Assembly (NCBI GenBank): GCA_951406725.2
Contig: OX597820.1
Location: 114,948,001 to 115,012,000, forward strand
Origin: Octopus vulgaris
Lineage: Eukaryota
DNA length: 64,000 nt
Direction of reading: 5' to 3'
Program-made: the position numbers and the translations under genes
The notes under the pieces: generated by a model
What the model was told of the DNA's origin: nothing
Databases searched by the model: none
The model's input: the letters and a program-made list of their open reading frames with translations, nothing else
Shown: in pieces, positions 48,075 through 61,454 of the stretch
How positions within the stretch are numbered: the first letter of the stretch is position 1
Layout of the letters: each line of letters opens with the position of its first letter

Positions 48075-50345
48075 ACTTGAAGTATGTTGTGTTGCAAGAC
48101 AGTGTGTGAGAGAGAATCGTGATGTGGTAGGAGAGAAATGTCTCCGTATGGATGATGGTTCACTTGCACTAAATGAGGCTGCAAAGAGAGAGGTTTGGAG
48201 ACGCCACTATGAAAGGTTGCTCAATAAAGAGAATGAATGGGAGAAAGAGAGTCTGCCGAATGCCAACCCAACAGAGGGACCAGCCATCCGAATTGACAGT
48301 ACCTTGGTAGTTAAAGCAATCAAGTATGAAGGCAGGGAAAGCCCCCGCCCCATCAGGAATCACTGCAGAGATGCTCAAAATATCTGGCAGTGTCGGCTAT
48401 AGCCTAGTCACCCGTATAGTTAACCAGGGGATACACAAAGGAGTCATACCCAATGACTGGTGTAGCAGCACCATAGTCAACTGCTATAAAGGTAAAGGTG
48501 ACGCCTTAGATACAAATAATTACAGAGGTATCAAGCTGTTGGATCAGGTAATGAAGGTCACGGAGAGGGTCATAGCCCAACTAATTAGAGAGAGAGTCAG
48601 TTTAGATGAGATGCAGTTTGGGTTCGTGCCAGGGAAAAGCACCACTGATGCTATATTCCTGGTAAGACAGCTGCAGGAGAAATACCTAGCCAAAGATAAG
48701 CCCCTGTACCTGGCTTTTGTTGACATGGAGAAAGCCTTCGACAGGGTCCCCCGATCCCTTATCTGGTGGGCAATGAGGAAACTAGGGATAGATGAATGGT
48801 TAGTGAGAACTGTGCAAGCCATGTACAGGGACGCTGTTAGTAAGGTGAAGGTTGGAAACAAGTACAGTGAAGAATTCAAGGTAGAGGTTGGGGTCCACCA
48901 AGTTTCAGTCCTCAGCCCCTTCCTATTTATCATAGTCCTCCTGGCAATAACAGAGGAATTCAAGATAAGATGCCCCTTGGAGCTCCTCTATGCTGATGAC
49001 CTTGCTCTAATTGCTGAGTCACTATCAGAACTGGAGAAGTTTCAGGTGTAGAAACAAGGATTAGAATCGAAGGGCCTTAGAGTCAACCTAGCCAAAACCA
49101 AAGTCCTAATAAGTAGGAAGGTAGACAAATCCTGCTCGATCTGTAGAAAAGGCATAGGTAGAAACTCTATAAGGTATACCAAGTGTAAGCTATAGACACA
49201 TAAGAGGTGCAGCAATGTCAAAGGAAGGCTAACTAGGAAGATGGTTTGTGTATGTGGCAGATGCTCAGGAACAATAAACACTGAAAATGCTCTGAGACTT
49301 TCCAGGGAGAAAAACTAGAAATAGTTGATAGCTTCCGTTACCTATGTGACCAAGTCAGCAGCGGGGGCGGGTGTGCTGAAAGTGTAACTGCTAGAGTAAG
49401 AATAGCTTGGGCAAAGTTCAGAAAGCTCTTACTTCTGCTGGTGACAAAAGGCCTCTCGCTCAGAGTAAAAGGCAGATTGTATGACGCATGTGTACGAACA
49501 GCCATGCTACATGGCAGTGAAACATGGGCCGTGACTGCTGAGGATATGTGTTAGCTCACAAGAAATGAAGCCAGTATGCTCCGATGGATGTGTAATGTCA
49601 GTGTTCATACCCGACAGAGTGTAAGTGCCTTGAGAGAAAAGTTGGACCTAAGATGCAACAGATGTGGTGTGCAAGAGAGACGATTGCGCTGGTATGGTCA
49701 TGTGATGAGAATGGATGAAGATAGTTGTGTGGAAAAGTGCCACACCCTAGCAGTTGAGGGAACCTGTGGAAGAGGTAGACCCAGGAAAACATGGGATGAG
49801 GTAGTGAAGCACGACTTTCAAACATTAGGCTTCACCGAGGCAATGACTAGTGACCGAGACCTTTGGAAGTATGTTGTGCGTGAGAAGACCCAGCAGGACA
49901 AGTGAGACCTCTACCTGGGATGTAGCCAGTCCACTAATGCATACCTTTCCTTCTTGGGACACAAAACTCCACTTGCAAAGACCTGTTGAGGCAAGTGAAA
50001 TCGAAATCGATAAAAAATCAATGGAAATTGTTGTTGTGATACCAGTGCTGGTGGCACGTAAAAAGAACCATCCGAACCTGGCCGTGGCCAGCGCCGCCTT
50101 GATTGGCCTCCGTGCTGGTGGCATGCAAAAAGCACCAACCGATCGTGGCCGGTGCCAGCGTCGCCTGGCACGTAAAAAGCACCCACTACACTCACAGTGT
50201 AGTTGGCGTTAGGAAGGGCATCCAGCTGTAGAAACACTGCCAGATCAGACTGGGCCTGATGCAGCCTCCTGGCTTCCCAGACCCCAGTCTAACCATCCAA
50301 CCCATGCTAGCATGGAAAACGGATGTTAAACGATGATGATGATGA
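48075..50345 (+). mobile_element. Degenerate RTE LINE (same subfamily as 25562), 5'-truncated
   Basis: ORF pieces 48106-48402, 48326-49051 (YADD) and 49576-49905; 3'UTR and (GAT)n tail. Confidence 0.92.
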
Positions 50346-50759
50346 ATGTCAACATGGCCCACAGGGCATGCTCCTGGATTCTCAGGACTTTACAGTCTGG
50401 AAACACTCCTACCATTATCCTTCTCTTCTCTGCCTTCGCCCATCCTCACCTTGAATACTGTTGTGTGCTGCGCTCTTCCTACCAGAAGAAGTATAGAAAT
50501 TGAAGCACCCTAGAGATCGATCACAAGGAAAATAGGTTTTGATTATTGGGATCATCTTGAGAACTTCCATCTTTATTCCTTCCAATATCACCATGGGTGC
50601 TGTTTCATTTGTATGATGTGAAAAATATTCCAGTAGCACAGGAATCCACTTTAAAATTCACCTGTTCACCTCAACGGGGCTTGCTCTCTTTATCATCATA
50701 CTAAGACACATCGGAGGAGAAGAAAAATATCCCCTAATATTTAAATGGTTCCTCGATAA

Positions 50760-51340
50760 TTATAATAATATAATAATAATGAAATTATTGTATACAGTGC
50801 ACAGGTGCACCACAACTTGTCAGAAAGTGCATATAAAGTACATGCAGTAATGTAAAAATGTCTGGAAAGCGAACAATGTATGAGTCAGATACATGCTTAC
50901 GTGTGTATGGAGGGGAGAAAATCAGGTGTAGTGTTGGCGAATCTCAGAAAGCATGGAAGTTTTGAAGGATGCAGTGCTCCGACAACTAACAACTGATGCC
51001 GGCAGTTTGTTCCATGCTTCAGCAACTCTCAGCGTGAAAAATGTTTCCTAAAGTCATGGGAGCTGTACTGTTTTCTGTCTTTGTAAATATGTCCACGGGT
51101 GTTAGATGGTTGGAGTTTGAAAAGGTACTCAGAGTTATTGTTTGTAAGATGGTTGATAATTTTATGGGTGTCTGCCAAGTCAGCTGCCAGACGTCGGAGT
51201 TTCAATGTGTCCATGCCCAGGGAAGTAAGGTGTTCAGAATATGGCAAATGCCTGATGGAGGGTATTCTTTTGGTTGCACGTCGCTGAACGGCTTCCAGAC
51301 GACTGATATCCTGGGTAAAATAGGGGTTCCAGACCTGAAT
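50760..51340 (-). mobile_element. CR1-type LINE 3' fragment
   Basis: QVWNPY..DISRLEAVQRRATKRIPSIRHLPYSE...NTRGH, with an (ATT)n tail at the left end. Confidence 0.85.
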
Positions 51341-53309
51341 CCCAGGATATATTTCTGCAAACAACATCTACTGAAATGAGCTATGACACCCATAGAATGA
51401 CTGAAACGAAACATCTTTAAATGTCTTTTCTAACTAATGCTATCAAGGTAGACATAGCCTGGGCCAATGCTGGCCAAAACTTATCCAAGGCAAAATCTAT
51501 TACCAAGCTCTGTAGCCATATTGACATGAGAAATATGTATTAATGCATGACTTGCACACACACACACATTCAATGTAAACAACTTTAAAATATATGCTAC
51601 ACCAGCCCTTCCCCTACCCTCGCCTCATCTCAAATGGATTCCTAAAATGTCAGATAATCTCTGTTAATGTTTTAATATCTTGACATTAGTACATAAAACT
51701 GGAGAGCTATTTTAGCAAACAATTTTGTCAGTTGGGGTTATCCAAGTAAATAAATAGTCTTATTTAAAAGGTCTTAACCATGTAACTAGAATATTCAAAT
51801 AAAAACTGATGTAATTTAATGTTAGATCCCTGCAGTAAATTTACATTAATTAGCAACTTGAGTGACACAAGAATAAAATATTTCACAGTTGTCTGAAGTT
51901 AAAAGTTAACAATTTATGCTAGGCGCCTGAGGAATTCTTTTCATACAGTGACTATATATCATCGTTGTCATTTAATGTCCACTTTTCCATGTTTGCAGAA
52001 AGAATTTGTTGGGTCAGATTTTCTACAGCTAGATGCCCTTCTTGTTGCCAACTCTCCCTATTTCCAAGCAAGATAGTATGGCCAGGCAGGTTTTCCATGG
52101 AAGACAGCAGACGAACATTATTTGTATGACAATAATGTATATTTACAACCGTCACTGAATTTGAGACGATATAGTTGGGAAGCAAGCTTCTTAACCACAT
52201 ATTGCAAATTATGGAGGCGTTAAAATGATGATGATGCAGCCATGCATATCTAAATATATCTTAGTATATGTATGCTTGCATAGTGTATGTATATGAAATG
52301 AGAATGTGCTTTCATAGACTGTATGTACTTAAGAATAGGTATGAGATATGTAAAAGTGCTAGGGTCTTTCTTCCCTTGGCTTTTTACTGTTTTCTATCTC
52401 CTGTTTTCTGCAAGTTGTGTATCTGACCACCGTATGCAATAAGCTCATTATTATTAATAATGATTGAAGTTAATTGATTTTACCATTGACATTTAAGAGT
52501 AGACTTAATCATTATCATCATCATTTAACGTCCGTTCTCCATGCTAGCATGGGTTGGACGGTTCGACCGGGGTCTGGGAAGCCAGGAGGCTGCACCAGGC
52601 TCCAGTCTGATCTGGCAGTGTTTCTACAGCTGGATGCCCTTCCTAACGCCAACCACTCCATGAGTGTAGTGGGTGCTTTTTACATGCCACCTGCACAAAA
52701 AAAAAGTGCAGGTGGCACGTAATCTAAAACATTACTACATGGTACACTGGTAAGGTCACCAGTCTTGGGGAACCTAAACAGGGTCAAAGTTGCTGCTGTT
52801 CCCCCAATGATTTGACCATTAACACGGATTCCTTATTATTTCTTCAATACTAAGCACAAAGGTCACACTGTTTATGCTGAGTGCTCCAAGCCATGTAAGT
52901 ATGAAAATTGTCTGAGGCTCCAGATGTGTGCAACTGGGCCACAAAAACCACCATATGGGCTTTGATGGACTGTAAGGCCATTTCAAGCAGATGTGTGCTG
53001 TTTTTGATCCCCATTTAATAAACTAACTGGTGGAGGAGATGAGCTTAACTGATTTTCCTTAAAATTTAACAGAACAGTGATATGGTGTGAAAGGATGATA
53101 ACAGAATCTGAACTACTGAAATAATGGTCAGCAGTGTAAGGGTCAGTCAGTTAGGACTGGATGGTTTACTCTTCCAAACCTTCCGTAAAACACGACAGGC
53201 AGAGTTTGTAAGGTAAATCCTTTCATCTTCATTGATATGTAGTATAACTGATAGTAAACTGGGGACATTCTTTCTTGAATAAACTGGTAAGTGAAAGGTA
53301 TGAGCAACA

Positions 53310-54172
53310 ATGTCTCTACATAGCTTTCATGGACTTGGAGAAAGCCTTTGACAGGGTCCCTCAATCCCTTATGTGGTGGGCGATGAGGAAACTGGAGATT
53401 GACGAATGGTTAATAAGGGTTGTACAGGCCCTATACAGAGAGGCCGTCAGCAAGGTTAGGATTGGCAATGAGTATAGTGAAGAATTCCGGGTAGAAGTAG
53501 GGGTCCACCAAGGTTCAGCCCTCAGTCCGCTTTTATTCATCATAGTCCTGCAGCTGTCTTACCAGAAATATGGCATCAGTGGTGCTTTTCCCTGGCACGA
53601 AACCAAACTGCATCTCATCCAAGTTGACTCTCTCCCTAATCAGTTGGGCTATGATCCTCTCTGTAACCTTCATTACCTGATCCAACAGCTTGATACCTCT
53701 GTAATTATTTGTATCTAGGGTGTCACCTTTACCTTTGTAGCAGTTGACTATTACGCTGCTACACCAGCCATTGGGTATGACTCCTTCGTGTATCACCTGG
53801 TTAACTATACAGGTGACTACCAGATATTTTGAGCATCTCTGCAGTAATTCCTGATGGGCCTGGGGTTTTCCCTGTCTTCATGCTTCTAATTGCCTTAACT
53901 ACCAAGGAACTTTCAACTTGGATAGCTGGTCCCTCTGTTGGTTCGACATTTGGCAGACTCTCTTTATCCCATTCATTCTCTTTATTGAGCAACCTTTCAT
54001 AGTGGCGTCTCCAAACCTCTCTCTTTGCATCCTCATTTAGCGCAAGTGAACCATCATCCATGCGAACACATTTCTCTCCTACCACATCACGATTCTCTCT
54101 CACACACTGTCTTGCAACACGAAATACCTCAAGTCTTTGGTCCTCACGGTGCAGAACATTGGCAAATTTTTT
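53310..54172. mobile_element. Two RTE RT fragments fused tail-to-tail (+ 53310 to about 53548, - about 53549-54172)
   Basis: The + piece LYIAFMDLEKAFD...LLFIIVLQ meets the - piece ...DAIFLVRQLQ at gtcctgcagctg. Confidence 0.85.
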
Positions 54173-54173
54173 C

Positions 54174-54212
<39 letters not shown>

Positions 54213-54214
54213 TT

Positions 54215-54876
54215 CTATTAAAGGCACAAGGCCCGAAACTCTGGGGGAGGGGACTAGACAATTACATCAAGCCCAGGGTTTCACTGGTACTTAATTTATT
54301 GATCCCAAAAAAATGAAAGGTAAAGTCGACCTTGGTGGAATATGAATTGAGAATGTGAAGACAGACGAAATATTGCTAAGCATTTCACCTGGCATACTAA
54401 CGATTCTGTCAGCCCATCACTTTAGTAGTAGTAGTAGTAGTAGTAGTAGTAATCCTTTCTACTATAGGCACAAGGCCTGGGTTTTGTGGGGAGTCGATCA
54501 CATCAAACCCAGTGTTCAACTGGTACTTAATTTATTGACCCTGAAAGGATGAAAGGCAAAGGTGACCTCTGCAGAATTGGAATTGAGAATGTGACAACAG
54601 ACGACATACCACTAAGTATATTTCCTGGCATGTTAACGGTTCTGCCAGCTGGCCACTTTTAAAAATAACCCTTTCTACTAAAGGTACAAGGCCTGAAATT
54701 TGGGGGAGGGGATAGTCGATCACACTGACTCCAGTACATGACTGGTACTTAATTTATCAACCCTGAAAGGACGAAAGGCAAAGTCAACCTCGGCAGAATT
54801 TGAACTCAGAACATAAAGACGGATGAAATGCTGCTAAGCATTTTGCCCAGCGCGCTAACGATTCTGCCAGCTTGTC

Positions 54877-54929
<53 letters not shown>

Positions 54930-55133
54930 TTCAAATTTTGGCACAAGGCCAAAAATTTCAGGGAAAGGGAAAAGTTGATTACATTGGTCCCAGTGTTCGA
55001 CTGGTACGTAGTCCATCAACCCTGAATGGATGAAAGGCAAAGTCATCCTCATTGAAATTAGAACTCAAAACACAAGGATGGACAAAATGCTGCTAAGCAT
55101 TTTGCCTGGTGTGCTAACAATTCTGCCAGCTTG
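54215..55133 (-). mobile_element. Four tandem Meta-domain-like SINE copies separated by (AAT)n/(AGT)n
   Basis: Repeated about 200-bp unit ...ggtacttaatttat.gacc.gaaaggatgaaaggcaaagtc.acc...gctaagcattt...ctgccagc. Similar + copies at 37130-37500, 1880-2040 and 6770-6975. Confidence 0.8.
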
Positions 55134-55243
55134 CAATAGTAATAGTAGTAGTAGTAGAAATAACAACAACAACAACAACAACAATTAATAAATAAATTAA
55201 CGAGAATTATACATAATTACAAACAAACAGATGCTGCTAATGT

Positions 55244-55455
55244 CTATTCAATATGCTGATGTTCCTGCCAAAGAGTGTGTATTTTATTAATCATGTGCTG
55301 GCCAATGCTGGAAGAATAGAAGGCGTACAAACTGCAGATATTTATAAAAATCCACGCTAGGTACAACAGGCAGTCTGGTTCAGTGGTAGCCATGCTCGAG
55401 AGAGGTCCTGTCATGTCCTGTTCACTGACCTCAACGGATGCGTCAGCTTCAAGTC
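55244..55455 (-). CDS. TXNDC15: TXNDC15-like (thioredoxin domain-containing 15) terminal coding exon; upstream exons not seen in the window
   Basis: Minus strand acceptor ctttttcag|GA (phase 1). GLEADASVEVSEQDMTGPLSSMATTEPDCLLYLAWIF...QEHQHIE-stop resembles the recalled human C-terminus GIEAKKNVVVTQADQIGPLPS...DWLLVFSLFF...QEQEHVE, including the TM helix. Confidence 0.8.
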
Positions 55456-55489
55456 CTGAAAAAGACAATGATGAGAGATGTACACGAGA

Positions 55490-55525
<36 letters not shown>

Positions 55526-58500
55526 CTGTGTTGTAAGAAGCTCGATTCCCAATCACATGGTTCCGGGTTCAGTCCCACTGCGTGGCACCTTGGGCAAGTG
55601 TCATCTACTATACCCTCGGGTCAACCAAAGCCTTGTGAGTGGATTTGGTAGACGGAAACTGAAAGAAGTCTGTCATATATATATATATGTATATGTTTGG
55701 GTGTGCCTGTGTTTCTGTCTAAAACAATCAACAAAAAAAAATGCTTATGTGAATTGTCTTACTATTTTACAGAATGAAACAAGAAAATTAGCTATGTTTT
55801 CTTCCTAGCAGACTAGTTTGGGAGGCTTGGCTATTAAAAAGTCATGGATACAACACTTCTTCTGGCAAGCAGTGAAGTTTTTTAAAAAATATTCTTAGAA
55901 CCTAATATTGAGGAACTTATTCAGACATTAGCTGAGGAAGAAAAAGCAGGCAAAGTGAATGCACACAGATTATGTAAAATTCTGGGTACCTCTAAGAAGA
56001 AGAGGCAGGTTCATTTAGGACTATGTAACATACAAAAAGTCATGATTCCTGACACACAAATATATTTGCAGAAGACATGTAACGTTGCCCAGATTAGCAT
56101 AATAATTATTTAGAATAAAATAAATCAGGTATTCAATTACATCATTATTGTTTTAATATCCATCTTTCCATGCTTGCGCACCGGGACCACTGTTTGCTAG
56201 TAGTACCCCCTAAATGTTTGGTGAAACAAGAAATCATCATTTAAATAAAACATTTAATCAATATGTACATCACATATAGATAAGTGCAGTTACTAAGTAC
56301 AACTGCATCTCACAATAATTGTACACTAAATGTACAGTGTAGTACTGTAACATTCCCATGGTTTTAATGGTTCCAAATTGGTAGAGAACAGAGAAAACAG
56401 AGGAGTTAACAGCATTGAAAAATTAATATATTCTCTTTCTTTCTACAACAGACACAAGAAGACTCATCTAACTCATTTGAGGATGGGAAAAGCAAATGGG
56501 CGAAGCAATGATGATATTGGTGTGTGTGTGTGTGTGTGTGTGTGGTGTCCCTCTCAAGGGACTTTTGCTACTGTTGATAAGTATTAAAGAGAAAACATGG
56601 CTAAAGAGACATTCATGGAATCAGCAATATTGATGGGAGGTGTGTCAGGTGGAGGCAGTGTTTTCCTGGTTTAGGATATTAATAATTCACTAACGAAAAT
56701 GTCAGGATAGAAAGAAACGAGGAGATCAAAGAGTGAGAGAGATTAGAGAGAAGAGGATGATGATGCAACAGATACAAACTGTTCAGTGCTTCTGTCTACG
56801 ATGAGATAATGTACGAGTGACAGTAGTGGCAGTGATGGGGCAGAGTGCTGGGAGGATAAATGTGGTTGTAAGTGTAGTAGGATAATGGTAGAGGTAATGA
56901 AGACACACGGGGGTCACTGTTTAAGTTGAGGGCAGCTCTGCTTGTGCAGACCTGATTTAAAGGCATCTCATATGACCATCCCATCTTTGGGAGATGAATT
57001 ACATCTAAAAGAAAATGCTTCTTCTACAGTTACCTTTGGCAGATGTTATTTTGACCAGGAAAAATCCAATGTCATCAGATGGGATGGTATCCAATGATCA
57101 CTGGGTGACCCCCAGTCCTGTTGGCAGGTTAGCAGTCGTGTACCTCTGACAATAATACCCAAGGTATCCTTCCTTTTGTTTTGATTTTTTAGAGTAGGAT
57201 TTGATTTTAGAAAGATTTGGTTACTGTGTTGAGGACTACATAAGGCTCCCTTGTCAAGATATCTGGCAGTATAGTGGAAGTTACTCTTCCCTTTGAGTCT
57301 ATGACAATTTGAAAGGATAACAGGTAATATTTTGCCACCTCAAACTTAACCAATGATGGCCTCCTTTGACTTTATGAAATTGCTAAAAAAATTAAATCAC
57401 ATTATTGAATCCTTGTAGCTTTGAAATAATGCAAGATAAAATCTTTCCTGCTTTTATCCAAGTAAAAATATGGTGAAATCTTTGAGACTTCTTGGTTTTT
57501 TTCAATGTTTGAAGAAAAGTGTATACCTTAGTTTTTAATGATATGACACGAGCAAGTAGCGATTCTGACATTGAAGATTTTACTCTTGATGATGTACAAA
57601 ATATCAACGCAAACAACAGCGATTTGTTTTCGCATGAATCATAATTGACATTTATGAATCTTCATTGGATAACAAAGGTTTTGATAATGAAAGTTGATAA
57701 AAATGAAAGTAATGAAAATGATATTGAAAATATTACAACAACATGGCTGAAGATTACTACATCAACCACAATTCCAGATTTCACAGAAAAGACTAGTCCA
57801 CAATACAGTCTACCTCCCGGTGCTCAACCATTGGACTATCTATTTTCATTTTTACTGAAAAGCTCTTTATTTTTTGAAATTGCCATGATGGAAACAAATA
57901 TGCTCAACGCATAATTTCTATTCATGGAAGACCTGATCCACTGTGGCAGCCAACTGATATTGCGGAAATGCAAGCTTTTTTTTTTTTTACTAGAAACACT
58001 GTTTGGTATCAAGCAGCTTCCTCAATTGTGGAACTACTGGAATCTTGATATAAGGTATGGTGATCCATATATCTCCAGCATTCTGTCTAACTATAGTTAA
58101 TTCATATACTGTTTATGTAAAAAGACCACAAGGTACCTCTGCCACCAAAGGACTACGACCATTTGAGATTTTGGGTTGACATCGCATCTCAGTTACGTGA
58201 GGGCTTTTCTTCCAGAAAGCGCAGAACTGAGAGAAAAGCAAGATTAACTGAGGTGGATGTCAACAGAGAAAATATTGACTTCCATAAAGTGGAAAAAATA
58301 AATGGAAGGGAAAAAGTTTGCAGATTGTGTTTCTGCAAAAAAGAAAAACTGCAAAAGAACATCAGGTCGAGACCTCATATACGTGTTCATTTGGCAAAGT
58401 GCCCTCGTGTAAAGGGTGCTTTGGACAGTTTCATGATAGAAATATGGTATTATAAATAATATCTGAAAGTGAGAAATACATATTAATTTCCAATATGTTT

Positions 58501-58746
58501 GCGCACTTCTATTCACCTTTGCCTCACCTATTAATTAGCCTTTTTTATTAGTTGCATTCTGTTATGTAAAAGTATTCATTAAATTGTATAAGAGTACATA
58601 GCTGATGGTATATTGACTAGGAAAAGAGTTTTGTACTTTATTTTCAATGAAAATGTTTGAATGAAATATAGAGAAAGAATAAAATCTTGCACCGATTATA
58701 CATCATCATCATCATCATCTTTGTTTTAATTAATTCAAATTAATGT

Positions 58747-58998
58747 ACCTCATCTTGTGAAAGGTAGGAGAGTCCAGTTTGCTGGACGTTGTTGTAGAGC
58801 TGAAAACGAGGCAATTTCTACTCTTCTCCTCTGGAAGCCATCTACTCGCAATACCAGAGGGCGCACACTCTCCTACCCTGATGTAATCTCCAGGGATACA
58901 GGCATCCAGCAACAGGACCTCCGTAATGCCATGATGGACCGTGAAGTCTGGCGTAACATGGTAAATTCCATGATGATTATGATGATGACCTCATCTTG
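58747..58998 (+). mobile_element. RTE-like 3' fragment nested in the piggyBac, 11-bp TSD
   Basis: acctcatcttg at both 58747-58757 and 58988-58998; homologous to 11430-11690. Confidence 0.8.
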
Positions 58999-59313
58999 AA
59001 AAGTGGCAAAATTGTTGGCTGTTGACATCTGGGATAATTTAGTAACAAATCAAACAGGTAAGATGCATTAAAAATTTGAATTTTATTGTTTATCCATAAT
59101 GTTATTGCTTTTACACCTGTTAATTAAATTTACCTGCCCATAAAAATTAGATTTATTCAGCAAGATCAGATAAAATTACATAACTATAATCCATTGGCAC
59201 CCACTGACAAAATTTCAAATCTGTATGTAAAAAATTAACAAAGTTACAAGCAAATACTGTGGACATCCTTCTTGAACCTGAATGATTCAAAATAACGAGA
59301 ACAAATAAGCATT

Positions 59314-60053
59314 ACATTTGACAGATTTATCTGAACACATTTGACAGATTTATCTGAACACATTTGACAGATTTATCTGAACACATTTGACAGATTTATC
59401 TGAACACATTTGACAGATTTATCTGAACACATTTGACAGATTTATCTGAACACATTTGACAGATTTATCTGAACACATTTGACAGATTTATCTGAACACA
59501 TTTGACAGATTTATCTGAACACATTTGACAGATTTATCTGAACACATTTGACAGATTTATCTGAACACATTTGACAGATTTATCTGAACACATTTGACAG
59601 ATTTATCTGAACACATTTGACAGATTTATCTGAACACATTTGACAGATTAATCTGAACACATTTGACAGATTTATCTGAACACATTTGACAGATTTATCT
59701 GAACACATTTGACAGATTTATCTGAACACATTTGACAGATTTATCTGAACACATTTGACAGATTTATCTGAACACATTTGACAGATTTATCTGAACACAT
59801 TTGACAGATTTATCTGAACACATTTGACAGATTTATCTGAACACATTTGACAGATTTATCTGAACACATTTGATAGATTTATCTGAACACATTTTTGACA
59901 GATTTATCTGAACACATTTGACAGATTTATCTGAACACATTTGACAGATTTATCTGAACACATTTGACAGATTTATCTGAACACATTTGACAGATTAATC
60001 TGAACACATTTGACAGATTTATCTGAACACATTTGACAGATTTATCTGAACAC
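59314..60053. repeat. 23-bp minisatellite (ACATTTGACAGATTTATCTGAAC) x32
   Basis: Near-perfect tandem array with only 4 variant units seen; no spacers. Confidence 0.97.
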
Positions 60054-60778
60054 TAAAGGGTAAAGTTAAAAAATAACAAAAAGAAACATTCTCAGCAACA
60101 GGTTAGGGAACTGAAACCATTAAGAATGTGGTGAGAGCTCATAGCCAACATACCCAGACATTTAACATCAATATATCTCAGTAATTAACCTAAGTGATTA
60201 ATTTTTTAAAAATCTGCATGGATTAAGGACAAGAGTCTATCCATATATAAGTTATTCATAATTTGATAGAAATACGTCAACAATAGCTAGTAAAAGATTA
60301 AAAGTATCTTTAATTGCAATTATGTGTGTTCAGTCAACAGTAAAACGGAAAATGTTGATAGTGTTGATAAGGATGATGATGATGGGAGGGTATTTGCATA
60401 AAAGTGTGCATATGTTATGTACATATTAACAAGCACAGCATAAGGATGTTATGTGTGTGTGCACACGCAATAAATATAGTAATGCAATGGCACCTTAGGC
60501 AAGTGTCTCCCACCATAGCCTTGGGATGGCCAAAGCTTTGTGAATAGACTTGATAGACAGAAACTGAAAGAAGCCCATCATATATATATATATGTGCATG
60601 TCTTTGTGCCTGTATTTGTCCCCCACCACTGCTTAATAACAGATGTTGGTATGTTTACATCCCTGTAACTTAGTGGTTCAGCAAAGATACTGATAGAGTA
60701 AGTGCTAGATTAAAAAAGAAGTAAGCACTGGGGTCATTCAAGATGGTGAGTGCCCCAGTATAACCAGTCTAATGGTTG

Positions 60779-61050
60779 AAGAAAGAAAGAAAGAAAAGAA
60801 AGAAAGAAAGAAAGAAAGAAAGGAAGGAAGAAAGGAAGGAAGAAAGGGAGGAAGGAAGAAAGGAAGAAGGAAGGAAGGAAAGAAAGAGAAGAGAGAGAGA
60901 AGAGAAAGAGAAAGAGAGAAAGGGAGAGAGAAAAAGAAAGAAAGGAGGAAGGAAAGAAAGAAAGAAAAAGAGAGAAAGATAAAAAGAAAGAGAGAGAGAG
61001 AGAGGGAAACTGAGAGAAAGAAAGAGCTAAAGAGAAAGAAAGGAAGAAAT
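60779..61050. repeat. Polypurine (GAAA/GGAA/GA)n tract
   Basis: Read directly from the sequence. Confidence 0.95.
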
Positions 61051-61286
61051 TGATAGATATACAAACATACATGCCTACAAATACATATACACACACACAC
61101 ACACACATACTACCACAAAAACCTTGCAATGTAATTAGCATAAGGAGAGTGAAACATCCATCACTAATAAAACCAAAAGTGAATGAAAAAAAAAGGCATA
61201 AAACAAATTCAATAACAGCAACAAAAAGATCTGTAAAAGAACAGAAAATGTAACAAGAAAATGGCTGCTTGAATGTCGAGAGAGAG

Positions 61287-61454
61287 GAGAGTGATGGTGG
61301 GAGGGAAGAGAGTGATGGTGGGAGGGAAGAGAGTGATGGTGGGAGGGAAGAGAGTGATGGTGGGAGGGAAGAGAGTGATGGTGGGAGGGAAGAGAGTGAT
61401 GGTGGGAGGGAAGAGAGTGATGGTGGGAGGGAAGAGAGTGATGGTGGGAGGGAA
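61287..61454. repeat. 21-bp minisatellite (GAGAGTGATGGTGGGAGGGAA) x8
   Basis: Perfect tandem units, 168 bp. Confidence 0.95.

Larger units (their letters stand above)
57330..60060 (+). mobile_element. Internally deleted piggyBac (PGBD4-like) element in the TXNDC15-like intron
   Basis: Acidic N-terminus, QPLDYLF, WQPTDIAEMQAFF, QLPQLWNYW, then a jump to the Cys-rich tail CRLC...ETSYTCSFGKVPSCKGCFGQFH. The right end reads CTAAAGGG|taaa; the left boundary is uncertain. Confidence 0.7.

Noticed and set aside
59314-60053. CRISPR-like array (23-bp palindromic repeat)
   Set aside because: The units are contiguous with no unique spacers, there are no cas genes, and the context is a eukaryotic intron.
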